From the IMG/VR virus record IMGVR_UViG_3300025636_000001, positions 52,878 through 116,877 of that record: 64,000 nucleotides of DNA; one strand, 5' to 3'. The position numbers and the translations under genes are program-made. Below the pieces are notes generated by a model. That model did no database searches. It worked only from the letters and a program-made list of their open reading frames with translations, and was not told where the DNA came from. Source of the stretch: a virus. Below, one piece after another: positions 30,630-40,697 of the stretch; position 1 is the stretch's first letter; each line of letters begins with the position of its first letter.

Positions 30630-33600
30630 TTATTTATTTTCTAATGTTTGTATTCTTGTTTCTAATAATTCTATTTTTTGTATTGCCTCTTTTAGTGCTG
30701 CTGTAAGGACAGGAATCACTTTACTATAATCTAGATCTTGATAAACAGGATTACTATTCTCATCTACTGCATCTTTTACTCCTGTTACAGCTTCTGGGAC
30801 TACCTCTGCTACTTCATGAGCTATAAAGCCGTCAACTTCAATGCCGTTTTCAATCCATTCAAATCTGCTTGGTTTTAATTTTTTTACTTTTTCTATACCA
30901 TTTTCTAAGTCTACCACGTTTGTTTTTAACCTATAGTCTGAGGTAGTTCCGTAGTTAACAGTTGTAGAAGAAGGCATTGATATTTTACCGGCTTGAGTAT
31001 TCGCTGAATTTCTAAAATCAATAACAGAACCCCCGTTGCTTATATTTTTAATTTGTATTAAGTTAGATGTTGTAGGATTAGTTGACCCAACTACGGTTAT
31101 TTTAGCAACAGGGCTGTAATCTCCAAGACCTAAATTACCGTTTGTCTTAAACGTCATGTTAGTTGAAGTATTCGCAGAAGTACCTATTACTTCAAATCTA
31201 CTGTTAGTAGCAGAAGCGTCATCAGGTGTATTTACCAGTAACCTACCGTCATCCGTTAAACGCATTTTTTCCGTTTGACCAGATCCTGTTCTAAAAGCAA
31301 TCTTATAAGTGCTGGATATATTTAAAATAGTATTAAATGGATTTATAGAACCCATAAGAGCGGAGCCATCATAAAAGTCTATGCCATTTCCACTATCAAT
31401 TCTCATGGTTCCACCTTTAACGTGTAGTCTTGCCGAAGGGTTTCTGTTTCCTATACCTACATATCCATTAGATTTTATATTTAGGTTATTACTACTCCAT
31501 CCGCTAGAAGCTCCTAGACCCATTATACCGTTTCTAGATACAACATACATATCGTCAACAGTATCCGATATTTTTAAACTTGTATTTATTCCAACAGTGT
31601 TTTCAAATACTGCAACAGTTCCCGCGTTGGCCTGAGCAGAAACTCTAAATGGTCCTATTCCAGTTGCACCATCATTTGTATTTACAACGTCTAGCTTATA
31701 ATCTGTTGGACTAGTAGTCCCAATCCCCACGTTGCCTGTATCAGTCAATGACATCATAGTGCCAACACCTGTAGTGGTTTTACCCATATAGAAGTCAAGT
31801 CTTGCTGAGTCTGTTCTTACTACTGAATGCGTAGAGTAGCCTTCAAAAAGAGTACCTTGACTACCAGTAGTAAAATTACCAAAACTTAAAGTTGAAACAA
31901 ATTTACCGTGATTTAATCTAGAAGTGCTTGCTGGGTTTAAATAATAATTAGTGTCGTTACTGTCGTAAAAAATAGGTGCTCTTGATGACCCTGGGGATAA
32001 TGTGTATGAGTTAAAAACTTGAAACTCAAGATTATTGTCGCAATAAAGCTCTAATGGGTTTGTACCTGTTTGAGTTCTAACCGCCCAATTACCATCATTA
32101 TCTAACAACCCGAATCCTGTTCCATCAGCAAATACATACCCTTTTCTAGTACCACCACCGTTTAAAAACTTTATACCACCTGTAGTAGCATCTCCATACT
32201 TAAAGTTTAAATAACTATCATTACCATCATCATAGAACCTTACGTTGTCATTAAAATGTAGTTGAGAAACGTAATTTACTTCTGTGTTATTCACATTTAT
32301 GCTTCCACCCATAGTCAAAGCATATCCAGCAGATATAGAGGTTCCTCCAATACTCATTTGACCTCTTAAATATACATCGTTTCCAGACTCTCCAAGATAC
32401 ATTCCTTGTGAACTTGTATCTCCATACCAATGCTGTCCCTGTATAACATAAAAAGCAGTATCATACCTAGGGATAGCACCAGATGAAGAGGTTTGTATTT
32501 TATTAAATCTTGAAGTACTATTTGGGTCTACATAAAAAGCTGTGTCGTTTGAGTCATAAAATATAGGTGCTCTCATATCTACCGTACTTCTTAGTGAATT
32601 CACAAAGTTTGTATCAGTATAATTCCAAGTGTGAGTTATAAGGTTTGATCCTTCATATAATCTCCAATTTACATTAACACCATTTCCATTAGCGCCGTCA
32701 TTAAAATGTGGATAGTGATTTCCATTAGAGTCATGCGGATTAAGATAATAATGCCCACTATAAACATTATTTCCGCTTAAAAGTGAAACAGCAGTATCTG
32801 TACTCGCACCTCTTGCTGTTACGGTAGCTAAAGTATCTGTTTCCGAGTATGATGTAAGAAAAGCAGAAGCATGCTGCCCATCTAACAAATCAGCATCTAA
32901 TCCTGAGTCTGAGCCATCGTTGCCGTCTGTCCATATTTTTTGCCAAGAGCTCCACGCTGTGTTAAAACTTCTAGTGTAAGGCAACCCTGAAACAAAATGA
33001 GTAGCTAACTGCCCTGTTACATTATCGTTATTACCAAAAGTAGTTATAGCGTAATGCTCGTTTGTAGGATTACTAGCGTTAGGATCAACCCTTCTGCTAG
33101 AAGGAGTAGTATAATCAGGTGAGGTTGTGTTTCCTAATTGTTTTACAAAACCCGTAGAATCAATACCATCTAAAAGGTCAGAGTCTGCGGCTTTACCTGT
33201 TGTTGTTAAGTAACCACTTAAATCTTGATCTCCTGTGTTAGTACCAGAAAGATTAGTTGCAAAAATATCTCCACTAAAAGTTCCTCCATTAGCAGCTGAT
33301 ACAAAATCAGTTGGAATAGTGTTTGTATCCTGTGTTAAATCTCTCCAAGAATACCAAGTTCCATTATAGTATTGTCTTTGGTATACATTTATAGAGTTAT
33401 ATTTACTATATCTTTGTACTGTAAATAAACCGTTGCCGTAATCATCGTTGTATACTTCTAAAATACCAGCTGAATCTGTTGGATAATTACTACCGCTAGC
33501 TGCATCAGCATTGGCGTTTTGACAAAATATACCTGTAGTTCTATATGTATTTAAATCTACACTTCCAGGTATTTCACCTCCTTGTAATCTGAAAGCCCCT

Positions 33601-34067
33601 GAATCTAAGTTTATACCTGTACCTGCTGTGTATGTTGTATTTGCATCAGTTCTCCACGCTGGATTACCTGTTGCATCAGTTTTCCACACTTTATTTGCCT
33701 GTCCTGATCCTTGAGCAACATAACCATCTGAATCAACTGCGTTAGCCCTCCAAGTGTTAGTATCTGTCCAAGGCACGTTTATAACCGCTTGGTTAGAAGA
33801 GTTTAATTGTAGCCCATAAGTTCTATTTGCTGTTGTTGTAACTGCGTTAGCGGCTACTGTTTGGTCGGTGTTATTAAATAACTTAATTAAACCTAATGTA
33901 GTATTGGTTGCAACAGTTGTATTTAATAAGTACCCACTTAAATCTTGAGTACTTTGATCTATCCAAGCGACACCTGTACCTGTAGATGATAACACTTGTC
34001 CATTAGTACCTGTACTGCCACCAATCTCTACACCTGCCTGTATTTTTATGTCACTTTTAAATTTCAT
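30630..34067 (-). CDS. Tail fibre with C-terminal peptidase S74 intramolecular chaperone
   Basis: SDYRLKTNV...GFIAHEV.EVVPEAV...LDYSKVIPVL..A; GNVGIGTTSP; knob-like DLNTYRTTG..WYSW; ADLLDG repeats. Confidence 0.85.
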   Translation of the reverse strand: MKFKSDIKIQAGVEIGGSTGTNGQVLSSTGTGVAWIDQSTQDLSGYLLNTTVATNTTLGLIKLFNNTDQTVAANAVTTTANRTYGLQLNSSNQAVINVPWTDTNTWRANAVDSDGYVAQGSGQANKVWKTDATGNPAWRTDANTTYTAGTGINLDSGAFRLQGGEIPGSVDLNTYRTTGIFCQNANADAASGSNYPTDSAGILEVYNDDYGNGLFTVQRYSKYNSINVYQRQYYNGTWYSWRDLTQDTNTIPTDFVSAANGGTFSGDIFATNLSGTNTGDQDLSGYLTTTGKAADSDLLDGIDSTGFVKQLGNTTSPDYTTPSSRRVDPNASNPTNEHYAITTFGNNDNVTGQLATHFVSGLPYTRSFNTAWSSWQKIWTDGNDGSDSGLDADLLDGQHASAFLTSYSETDTLATVTARGASTDTAVSLLSGNNVYSGHYYLNPHDSNGNHYPHFNDGANGNGVNVNWRLYEGSNLITHTWNYTDTNFVNSLRSTVDMRAPIFYDSNDTAFYVDPNSTSRFNKIQTSSSGAIPRYDTAFYVIQGQHWYGDTSSQGMYLGESGNDVYLRGQMSIGGTSISAGYALTMGGSINVNNTEVNYVSQLHFNDNVRFYDDGNDSYLNFKYGDATTGGIKFLNGGGTRKGYVFADGTGFGLLDNDGNWAVRTQTGTNPLELYCDNNLEFQVFNSYTLSPGSSRAPIFYDSNDTNYYLNPASTSRLNHGKFVSTLSFGNFTTGSQGTLFEGYSTHSVVRTDSARLDFYMGKTTTGVGTMMSLTDTGNVGIGTTSPTDYKLDVVNTNDGATGIGPFRVSAQANAGTVAVFENTVGINTSLKISDTVDDMYVVSRNGIMGLGASSGWSSNNLNIKSNGYVGIGNRNPSARLHVKGGTMRIDSGNGIDFYDGSALMGSINPFNTILNISSTYKIAFRTGSGQTEKMRLTDDGRLLVNTPDDASATNSRFEVIGTSANTSTNMTFKTNGNLGLGDYSPVAKITVVGSTNPTTSNLIQIKNISNGGSVIDFRNSANTQAGKISMPSSTTVNYGTTSDYRLKTNVVDLENGIEKVKKLKPSRFEWIENGIEVDGFIAHEVAEVVPEAVTGVKDAVDENSNPVYQDLDYSKVIPVLTAALKEAIQKIELLETRIQTLENK

Positions 34068-34083
34068 ATATTATTTTTTATTA

Positions 34084-35436
34084 TTAGCCTATCAACTGTA
34101 TCAAAGCTATTACACCTGTTGGTTCAGTTACTCCATAAGTAACAGAAAAAGTTGTAGTACTTAATCTTTGTACATCTGCGTGTACTGTTTCTCCGTTTGA
34201 ATCAACTAATTGTATTAATACATTATTTGTACTTGTAGCTTCCATACTGTTAGGGTATGTATATGTTGCTGAGGTTGGGACAGCAATACTTCCAGATTTT
34301 GCAGTAATTAATGTATTAACTTCATTAGTTAAATCAGAAGAAGTTAAAGCCGTTACATGACCATAGTCATCTAATGTTACATCTTGTATAACTGTAAGAC
34401 CTGAATTGTCTACTGATGCTTGATCAGAAGTGTCTGCGTGAGATATTGTGATTGTTGTAGCATCTGCATCATTAGCTGTAAACGTTCCTGAACCTATAAG
34501 TCCATTAGTTCCTTCTACTGTTAATATTGCATCATTAATATCATCTAAAAGAGCAATAGTACCTGTAGCGTCTGGTAATGTAATTGTTCTATTTTCTGTA
34601 AGAGTGCCTGCTAATAATGTTAATGCAATATCATCTGAAGCTACATTACCTTCAAAAATAACTCCATTACTTGTAGATACTGTTTCTACATTATTTGTAG
34701 TTGTTGTACCTACAACTTGTAAATCACCAGGAATAACAATAGTAGATGTTTGACCACCAAGTGTTAAACTATTAGCACCAATAGATGCACCAATAGTTCT
34801 ATCACCAGCAGCAAAATCTAAAGATGTTAAACCATTTAACAATGTTGATGCACCTCCTAATGAAATAACTGTTGTACCAATAGTGATTGAACTATTAACA
34901 AGTTTATCATTAGTAATAGAGTTGTTATCTATACCAAGAGTAATTACACCATCGCTTGTAATTGGAGATCCTGAAACATTAATACCATCATTACCTGATA
35001 TACCAATAGATGTTACTGTACCTACAGTTGAACTCCAATTTTGATCATTTTCAAAATTACTTAATTTAATTTCAGAAGCTGCTTTTCTACTTTCAGTTTC
35101 ACCATCTTGCAAAATGAATTCAGTAGCTCCTGTAATATCAGCAGTCATGTCAGTTAACTCTGAGAAGTCAAGATCAAGAGTTATAGAACCAACTGTACCA
35201 CCTCCTGATAAACCTACGCCTGCTATAATATCTGTAATATCACCAGATGCTGAAACCCAGTTTGCCCCATCCCAAACCTCTAAAGCTTTTAATGTTCCAT
35301 TATAAACTGTTTGACCAACTGTAGGGTTTGCAGGCCTAGTTGCAGTAGTTAAAGGATGTATTACCACATTGGATAATACATTTTGTTGCATATCTATTGC
35401 TAAACTTTCTATATTAGAAAAATATTTAATTGCCAT
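34084..35436 (-). CDS. Tail fibre / fibre-like structural protein
   Basis: T/G/S-rich; RPANPTVGQTVYN..WDG..W, AGVGLSGGG, DDYGHVT. Confidence 0.65.
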   Translation of the reverse strand: MAIKYFSNIESLAIDMQQNVLSNVVIHPLTTATRPANPTVGQTVYNGTLKALEVWDGANWVSASGDITDIIAGVGLSGGGTVGSITLDLDFSELTDMTADITGATEFILQDGETESRKAASEIKLSNFENDQNWSSTVGTVTSIGISGNDGINVSGSPITSDGVITLGIDNNSITNDKLVNSSITIGTTVISLGGASTLLNGLTSLDFAAGDRTIGASIGANSLTLGGQTSTIVIPGDLQVVGTTTTNNVETVSTSNGVIFEGNVASDDIALTLLAGTLTENRTITLPDATGTIALLDDINDAILTVEGTNGLIGSGTFTANDADATTITISHADTSDQASVDNSGLTVIQDVTLDDYGHVTALTSSDLTNEVNTLITAKSGSIAVPTSATYTYPNSMEATSTNNVLIQLVDSNGETVHADVQRLSTTTFSVTYGVTEPTGVIALIQLIG

Positions 35437-35473
35437 AATTGTTTTTATTTATTTATTTTTACTTATTGTTTTA

Positions 35474-35995
35474 TTAATTTAAATAAGCTGTACCAGATAA
35501 AGGAACAGCAAAAATTATTTTTAATGTGTTTAAATCTATATAATCAATTTCAGCAACAATATCATTTCCTGCTAAATCTTCAATTCTAACAGAAGGTTTT
35601 TTTTCTAAATCATGTGTTATAGTCCAAACAGCAAGAGCTGTTGATTGTGTATGAACATAGTTTAAATCTTTTTCATCAACCGCATTTGCAAAAGTTTCTT
35701 CAAGTATTTGAAGTCTATCAATTAAAGCTTGCACATCAACTGAAGTCCAAGTTGTTGTTCCTGTTTCTGTAGGTGTTAGACAAACTTCAACTCCTAACAT
35801 TGAAGAATAAACATCTGATAATGCTACATCTGAATTTAATTCTTGCCAGTCAGATAATTCTTTTTTAATAGATACTTTTTCCATATCTAAAATACAACAA
35901 GGAGTCATACCAAAACGTATAGAATTAAAATTTTTATATACAGCCGTAGCAAATTTTTTTTCAGTTTCTATAGTTTTTATTAGTTTGCTATCCAT
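35474..35995 (-). CDS. Structural protein with fibre-type C-terminus
   Basis: NYVHTQ..A..WTITHDL.KKPSV...AYLN C-terminal domain. Confidence 0.55.
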   Translation of the reverse strand: MDSKLIKTIETEKKFATAVYKNFNSIRFGMTPCCILDMEKVSIKKELSDWQELNSDVALSDVYSSMLGVEVCLTPTETGTTTWTSVDVQALIDRLQILEETFANAVDEKDLNYVHTQSTALAVWTITHDLEKKPSVRIEDLAGNDIVAEIDYIDLNTLKIIFAVPLSGTAYLN

Positions 35996-35998
35996 TTT

Positions 35999-36124
35999 TT
36001 ATTTTTTTTCTAAGCTTTTTTCTTCATATGCTTTAACACAAGTTTTATGGACTATTGATCCATCAGACGCTTTTGTTTTTTGACAGCCACAACTAAAGCT
36101 TTTATTACATTGTTTACAATTCAT
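35999..36124 (-). CDS. 41-aa Zn-finger-like protein (not in ORF track)
   Basis: MNCKQCNKSFSCGCQKTKASDGSIVHKTCVKAYEEKSLEKK; fills the gap between two genes. Confidence 0.65.
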   Translation of the reverse strand: MNCKQCNKSFSCGCQKTKASDGSIVHKTCVKAYEEKSLEKK

Positions 36125-36145
36125 AATTTGTTGGTTTTTAAAAGT

Positions 36146-36697
36146 TTAACATCCAATTGTTTTACAAGATATTTTTTGCAGTCTTTTTTTAGCATAATCA
36201 TATAAATCCATTCCTTCCCCAGGACTGTTACAATATTCAACTTTAGCTATAGCTGCATCAATTAATGTTCTAATATATTTCATTTCATTAATTAAATCTT
36301 TTCTTTCACTATGTGGTTCACAATCATTTACATCAATGTGACATAATGTTTCATAATATAACTTTAAAAGATTTGTAGTTCTAAGATGATTGTATTCAAC
36401 ATAAACTTTATTAGTTGGTGCTACACTATACTTAATAATGTAAATACCATCGGCTAATGCAGTTCTCATATCACCACAATTTTCAGTTTGTGTTCCTAAT
36501 AAACAACCATTTAAGTTAAGATTAAAATTAGGGTTTAATTTAATCAGTACAGGAACCGTATAACCAGGACTAGTTATTAATAATTCTCCACAGTCAATAT
36601 TTAATTGTTCAACGTATTGACTTGTATCTTTGATGCTTAAAATTTCACAATTAGAAACTGCAGGTAATTCTAAACTTAATATATGTTTGCTTGCCAT
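36146..36697 (-). CDS. Structural protein (tail hub-like)
   Basis: LADGIYIIKYSV motif; first gene after a late promoter motif. Confidence 0.5.
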   Translation of the reverse strand: MASKHILSLELPAVSNCEILSIKDTSQYVEQLNIDCGELLITSPGYTVPVLIKLNPNFNLNLNGCLLGTQTENCGDMRTALADGIYIIKYSVAPTNKVYVEYNHLRTTNLLKLYYETLCHIDVNDCEPHSERKDLINEMKYIRTLIDAAIAKVEYCNSPGEGMDLYDYAKKRLQKISCKTIGC

Positions 36698-36767
36698 ATC
36701 AATCTTATTATAATATAGTTATATTACTATATATATAATATACAAAAAAAAGCTGATATTTTGAAAT

Positions 36768-36799
36768 AAAAAAAGGCAGGAGATTTACCCCTGCCTTTT
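36768..36799 (-). terminator. Intrinsic terminator (possibly bidirectional)
   Basis: AAAAGGCAGG-loop-CCTGCCTTTT with A/T runs on both sides. Confidence 0.75.
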
Positions 36800-36821
36800 A
36801 TATTAAAAACTTTTATTAATC

Positions 36822-38033
36822 TTATTGATCAATAGAATCTTCTCTTTCAATTGGATTACCTGATGCATTTGCAGCAGCTACTAAAATATCCAATAAAGCT
36901 TCCACTTCACCTTGAGTTGTAGTATCATCACACTTAACAAAGATTTCATATACATATTGATCATTATCAAATACGCTAGTTGCATTGTTTAAACGTGGTA
37001 CACTGTGTTGTACATAGTATGTTTTATAAAGAGCAGAACGGTCTACTGCAGAAATTACTTCTTCAGAACCTTCAATCTCACGCATACGTACAGCATCTAC
37101 ATTACCTTGGTGATAAGGAGCTTGACCGTAAGACTCAGTTAAAAGAATATTTCTCAATACGCTTTCACCTGTTTTTTGTTGCATTGTACCTGGAGTAGTT
37201 ACTACATCTCCACAGTCATTACAAGGATTTCCGCTTTCATCCATAATAGATCCTATTAATTGAATAGGTTCTTTTCCAAAGTAATCACGTGTGTCAAAAG
37301 AACAATCACCAAATTTAGTGTCAACATAAGCACCTATAAAAGTTACAGTAGCTGATACTTCATCACTAATTGGATCAACAGAAGGAGTATAAGTTCCATC
37401 TAACACTTCTTCAATTGTATAAGTAGTTGTTACAGCAGAACCTGAAGCACTTGAAGTAACAGAAACACCACCACCTGCAGCTTCTTTAACAAAAGGTTCA
37501 ATGATTGGATCAGCCAATAACATTTTAGCTGCTTCAGCAATAGCTAATGCAGGATCAATAAATTCTTGACCATCTTCACAACAAACACCAGCAGAATCAC
37601 CGATAGCATAAGCATTATGATTTAAAAAACGTAAAGCAGGAGCACCTTTAACATCCAATCTCATCATAAGAGATGATCCACATGGTGCACATTTAGGTCC
37701 TACAGAAATAGCAACAGTTGCAGAAGTAGCATCAACACAGCTAGATTCCCACACTCTTGTTAAGTATTTAGGATTAATTCCTTTAGATTTTACAGATTCA
37801 GCGTAACCACCGTGAAATTTATTCCCACCAATAGTATCACTATTGTGTAAAGAACCTTGTACAAGGTACGCTAATCCTGGTTTTGGGAAAGCACCAGTTG
37901 CATGAGCAGTCCAGTCTTTTCCATCAACTAATGCTAATTGACCAGCAGCCAACGCAGAAGTTTTTGTTCCATTAGCAGCAGAAGCATCTGTTGCTAAAAA
38001 GCTTTTATAAAAAGCATGATTAAAATAAGCCAT
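36822..38033 (-). CDS. Abundant structural protein (auxiliary capsid-like), 403 aa
   Basis: Has its own promoter motif and terminator; A/T/S/G-rich; lies downstream of the capsid genes. Confidence 0.5.
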   Translation of the reverse strand: MAYFNHAFYKSFLATDASAANGTKTSALAAGQLALVDGKDWTAHATGAFPKPGLAYLVQGSLHNSDTIGGNKFHGGYAESVKSKGINPKYLTRVWESSCVDATSATVAISVGPKCAPCGSSLMMRLDVKGAPALRFLNHNAYAIGDSAGVCCEDGQEFIDPALAIAEAAKMLLADPIIEPFVKEAAGGGVSVTSSASGSAVTTTYTIEEVLDGTYTPSVDPISDEVSATVTFIGAYVDTKFGDCSFDTRDYFGKEPIQLIGSIMDESGNPCNDCGDVVTTPGTMQQKTGESVLRNILLTESYGQAPYHQGNVDAVRMREIEGSEEVISAVDRSALYKTYYVQHSVPRLNNATSVFDNDQYVYEIFVKCDDTTTQGEVEALLDILVAAANASGNPIEREDSIDQ

Positions 38034-38117
38034 TTTTTCAAAAATTTAAATTTAACAAATATATAATTGTGCGTCATTGCACATATATAATATACAATAT
38101 TTCTTTTAATTTACCAA

Positions 38118-38594
38118 TTAACTAAGAAATAATAATTTATACTTAGCAGAATTAATTTCATCTTTGATAAGATCTAAATTATTAACCACTTCTGAATGAG
38201 GTATCACATTTTGAGCCTCAGCTACTTTGGAGGATAACATTCTTAAATATTCTACAGCACCTTCTACACTTGTTAAAGTAACAGGAGCCTTATCTGGATA
38301 GTTGAGTATTACCTCACAAGCACCTTGATAACCTTCTGCTACTGTATCAATAAGATCTGGTAATGCATCATATATTTCATTTAATGCTTTATGTTGTGCA
38401 TAAGAACCCTCACCTGTTACTTGTAAATGTAGTTTATGAAAACTAGTTCTAGCATTCATAACTTCAACAACTAAATCTGCAGTTAAAGCATCAATTTGTT
38501 TCATCTCTGAAGATCTTTCCATTGTAGCTTTTTTTACAGAAGGTCTTTTTAATCCTTCAGATCCTTTTGCTTTTAAAGGTCTTTTATATTCCAT
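38118..38594 (-). CDS. Dps/ferritin-like protein
   Basis: HKLHLQV.G..SYAQHKALNEIYD...D.VAEGYQG...KYKL four-helix pattern. Confidence 0.7.
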   Translation of the reverse strand: MEYKRPLKAKGSEGLKRPSVKKATMERSSEMKQIDALTADLVVEVMNARTSFHKLHLQVTGEGSYAQHKALNEIYDALPDLIDTVAEGYQGACEVILNYPDKAPVTLTSVEGAVEYLRMLSSKVAEAQNVIPHSEVVNNLDLIKDEINSAKYKLLFLS

Positions 38595-38596
38595 AA

Positions 38597-39298
38597 TTAA
38601 TTATTTCTTTCAGCATCTTGCTGATTAGTTTGATATTGATTAAAATTTTCAATGTCACCTGCAATTACAGCTGCTGTTTCATCTAATAAAATTTCCACTA
38701 TATCATTTTTAAATTCACATGAAACATCAGCAGTTGTAGTACTTCCATCATAAGGATTTTGACAACCGGCTATTTCAATAAGTACAGGTTGTCTATAGTA
38801 TGTTAAATTAACATCTGTAATATTAAAATCTCTTTTGTATATTCTAATATCATTTCCAATCCAAGTACAATATGTTTCACCCCAATCATAATCAGGCCTC
38901 TTTAAAGGATCTCTCATAAGTAGATCTACATTGGCTTCCTCAGCTAAATAAACTGTCATTGATCTAGGTTGAGGACAACATTCACTGGTAGCAAATGCTG
39001 ATATTCTTTTGAATTCCATATAGTCACCTGGTATAGCTGTTGATTCAAAATAATTATTTGTGGAAAAACCAGGTAACTTGGCTTCTTCTAATAAATTTTG
39101 TAAATCATCAATTCTTCTTTTAGACATTTCATCTCCCTCACGGAACATGTTATTTCCATGTAATTGACGTCTAACCCATTCTATTTGAGCTTTATTAAAA
39201 GCTTCAACTATTTGCCAGCATTCTATATTATCATAGTCATTACTGGCAAGTTTGTTAAGCCTTTGTTTTAATTTAATTTGAAGAGTCTGATTATTCAT
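38597..39298 (-). CDS. Neck / head-tail ring protein
   Basis: RLNKLASN...FNKAQ..W...RRIDDLQ.L...YYRQP...CEF pattern; second gene after the capsid gene cluster. Confidence 0.6.
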   Translation of the reverse strand: MNNQTLQIKLKQRLNKLASNDYDNIECWQIVEAFNKAQIEWVRRQLHGNNMFREGDEMSKRRIDDLQNLLEEAKLPGFSTNNYFESTAIPGDYMEFKRISAFATSECCPQPRSMTVYLAEEANVDLLMRDPLKRPDYDWGETYCTWIGNDIRIYKRDFNITDVNLTYYRQPVLIEIAGCQNPYDGSTTTADVSCEFKNDIVEILLDETAAVIAGDIENFNQYQTNQQDAERNN

Positions 39299-39308
39299 TA
39301 TTTATTGT

Positions 39309-40325
39309 TTATGAGTTCCAATATGGTTCAACCTTGGACAATAAACTTAATAATGTATCTTCATTTCCTGGATTTTTTAGATATTCAATTACTTCACTAG
39401 ATCTTTTACCTAGTTTTTCTGAACTATCTATTGTTTCAATCCAACCTGAAGATTTAGGTACTAAAAATCTATAATACAAAGAATCTTTAACTAAAGCTCT
39501 TACTTTAAGATTTTCCATAGAATCTTTAGCAGCATCTAAGAAAGATTGAGCTGCTCTTTTTTTGTTAGATTCTGTACCTTCACCATTTATATACATGTCC
39601 ATATTTTCATACATAATGTCATTAGGTGTTGACTTAGTGTATTGTACACTTTCCACATCAACACTTTTAGCAACATACATTAGCTTAGTAACATCTGTAT
39701 CATACAATTTTTGTAATTCAGATAAAGCTCTATTTCTAAGTTTAGTATATTGTGTTCTTTCACTTATGGTTTCTTCTAATTGATCTAGATAAAATTTAGG
39801 TGCATTAACTGCTTTTTTTGCTTCTTTTAATGTTCTAGCCACCATAGCAAAACCTCCAGCATTAATAGCATAAATTTTAATTAAATCATAAGCATCTTTT
39901 TGTGGATCTAAAAAAACAGGATCATTACCACATCTTAAAGATATTTTAGACCAAAAAGCATCATTATCTGGTTTAAGTAATGTTACTTTATTCCAAAAAT
40001 CTTTATCTTCTACATCTATAACATTAGCAGCTAATTCTGCTTCTAATTGTGCTACAGTATTTCTTATTTCTTTAATCTTAATTTCTTTTTCTCCGGGAGA
40101 CAATTTTTTTACTTCAGGAGCAAACTCATTTAATCCTGTAAGATATCTTTTAACTCCATTCATCTCTAAACATGCTAGAGACTCTTCATGCCAAACACCT
40201 TCATGCAAAGCCATCCCATAATTTTGTAATCCCATATTATCTTTATTAGGATTAAAAAATGGTCTTATTGCAATAGCAGTGTTTTTATTTTGTTGGTACT
40301 TTTCTACAATAGTGTAATCACTCAT
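39309..40325 (-). CDS. Conserved capsid-module protein (portal-vertex auxiliary-like)
   Basis: RYLTGL, FW..I.L...LDP...DLI; synteny after MCP. Confidence 0.5.
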   Translation of the reverse strand: MSDYTIVEKYQQNKNTAIAIRPFFNPNKDNMGLQNYGMALHEGVWHEESLACLEMNGVKRYLTGLNEFAPEVKKLSPGEKEIKIKEIRNTVAQLEAELAANVIDVEDKDFWNKVTLLKPDNDAFWSKISLRCGNDPVFLDPQKDAYDLIKIYAINAGGFAMVARTLKEAKKAVNAPKFYLDQLEETISERTQYTKLRNRALSELQKLYDTDVTKLMYVAKSVDVESVQYTKSTPNDIMYENMDMYINGEGTESNKKRAAQSFLDAAKDSMENLKVRALVKDSLYYRFLVPKSSGWIETIDSSEKLGKRSSEVIEYLKNPGNEDTLLSLLSKVEPYWNS

Positions 40326-40449
40326 TTAATTTGGTTTTAAAAATTAATAATTATTTGTTTTAAACTCAAAGGTACATAATTATGTACAATTTATTATTAA
40401 TATTTCTAAAGTCAGGTTATACCTGACTAAAGTTCTTTGAATTTACAAA

Positions 40450-40629
40450 CTATGCAGGATTTTCAAGACCTGCAACTGTTGCTTTTAAAGCTGCAATTTC
40501 AACTTCTAATTCATTTATTTTTTCAACAAGTACATTATTATGAGCAAATGTTGAAAAACCATGCTCTGATCTTTCGCTTTTTTTAAGCACTGGATCATTT
40601 ACTATTTGTTTTTGTTTTGTTAATGCCAT
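40450..40629 (-). CDS. 59-aa protein with coiled-coil end (not in ORF track)
   Basis: MALTKQKQIVNDPVLKKSERSEHGFSTFAHNNVLVEKINELEVEIAALKATVAGLENPA; directly after MCP. Confidence 0.65.
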   Translation of the reverse strand: MALTKQKQIVNDPVLKKSERSEHGFSTFAHNNVLVEKINELEVEIAALKATVAGLENPA

Positions 40630-40654
40630 TGTTTTAGTATTAAAAGGTTAAAAT

Positions 40655-40685
40655 AAAAAGGGAGGAGGTATTAACCCCTCCCTTT
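40655..40685 (-). terminator. Intrinsic terminator after major capsid gene
   Basis: Minus AAAGGGAGG-loop-CCTCCCTTTTT. Confidence 0.75.
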
Positions 40686-40697
40686 ATATTACAATTC

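Noticed and set aside
30630-34067. Diversity-generating retroelement targeting the tail fibre
   Set aside because: No reverse transcriptase and no TR/VR pair with adenine-specific mismatches noticed.
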